Assembly: GCA_045580405.1 (NCBI GenBank)
Contig: JAZNNT010000004.1
Location: 1-45,458 of the forward strand
Direction of reading: 5' to 3'
Length of the DNA: 45,458 nucleotides
From: Clostridia bacterium
GTDB lineage: Bacteria > Bacillota > Clostridia > UMGS1840
Within the stretch, counting starts at the first letter, position 1, and every line of letters begins with the position of its first letter. Positions 45,357 through 45,458 of this stretch are shown in pieces. The translations under genes and the position numbers were made by a program. The notes beneath the pieces were generated by a model. It had not been told where the DNA came from and made no database searches. It saw nothing but the letters and a program-made list of their open reading frames with translations.

Positions 45357-45425
45357 AAAAACCTCCATGATATAATAGTAAATGGTTTGGCGACCGCATT
45401 ACTAAAAAATATCATGGAGGTTTTT
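45357..45425. promoter_or_regulatory. 17-bp perfect inverted repeat whose right arm contains the RBS of the next gene
   Basis: AAAAACCTCCATGATAT (45357-45373) / ATATCATGGAGGTTTTT (45409-45425), 35-nt spacer. The left arm overlaps a TGaTATAAT -10-like box (45368-45376). Confidence 0.5.
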
Positions 45426-45429
45426 AACA

Positions 45430-45458
45430 ATGTTAAAGAAAACAACAAACGAAATCAA
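45430..45458 (+). CDS. 5' end of an unidentified CDS (truncated by the window end)
   Basis: ATG lies 9 nt after GGAGG. Only MLKKTTNEI is visible. Confidence 0.3.

Overview
This is a mostly housekeeping chromosomal window from what looks like a Bacillota (Clostridia-like) genome. The clues are SLH cell-wall anchors, whiA, carD-ispD-ispF, class 3 FBPase, iorAB and an FDP/rubredoxin/rubrerythrin set.

Contents:
- It opens with the 3' end of an rrn operon (23S tail, then 5S, then a terminator).
- About 40 intact protein genes follow, mostly on the + strand: an XRE regulator facing a secreted SGNH hydrolase, an MBL hydrolase, an SLH protein with an HprK-like P-loop protein and a membrane protein, a TrpH-like PHP protein, YebC, fbp, nadCB/nadA, a DUF378 protein, rdgB-ispF-ispD-carD, an acyl-CoA synthetase with iorAB, LCP, recX, rimO, a YcdX-like phosphatase, glucokinase, murB, whiA, dnaE, a lipoprotein, a thioesterase, efp, a (Cys-Asp)n zinc-ribbon protein, TetR with a 1765-aa SLH-anchored surface protein, a four-domain flavodiiron fusion, rubredoxin (absent from the ORF track), rubrerythrin and a ZIP transporter.
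- Many operons have a near-consensus TTGACA-17 nt-TGnTATAAT promoter that can be read directly.
- I found no tRNA, CRISPR array, transposase, integrase or phage gene.
- I see no convincing multi-gene novel system such as a defence island.

The most unusual signal is non-coding. A dispersed, orientation-biased family of ~100-nt branched-hairpin repeats sits where intrinsic terminators are expected. Copies lie at 655-1095, 9584-9679, 15361-15458 and 44046-44370, and the stems show apparent compensatory changes.

Other second-look items:
- a perfect 40-bp palindrome on the XRE/SGNH promoter;
- the coupled HprK-like/membrane/PHP genes;
- the CDCDCD protein after efp;
- the FDP + flavin reductase + rubredoxin fusion with PerR-like boxes;
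- terminator or RBS-sequestering hairpins next to two start codons.

All folding, alignment and homology calls were made by eye and need computational confirmation.
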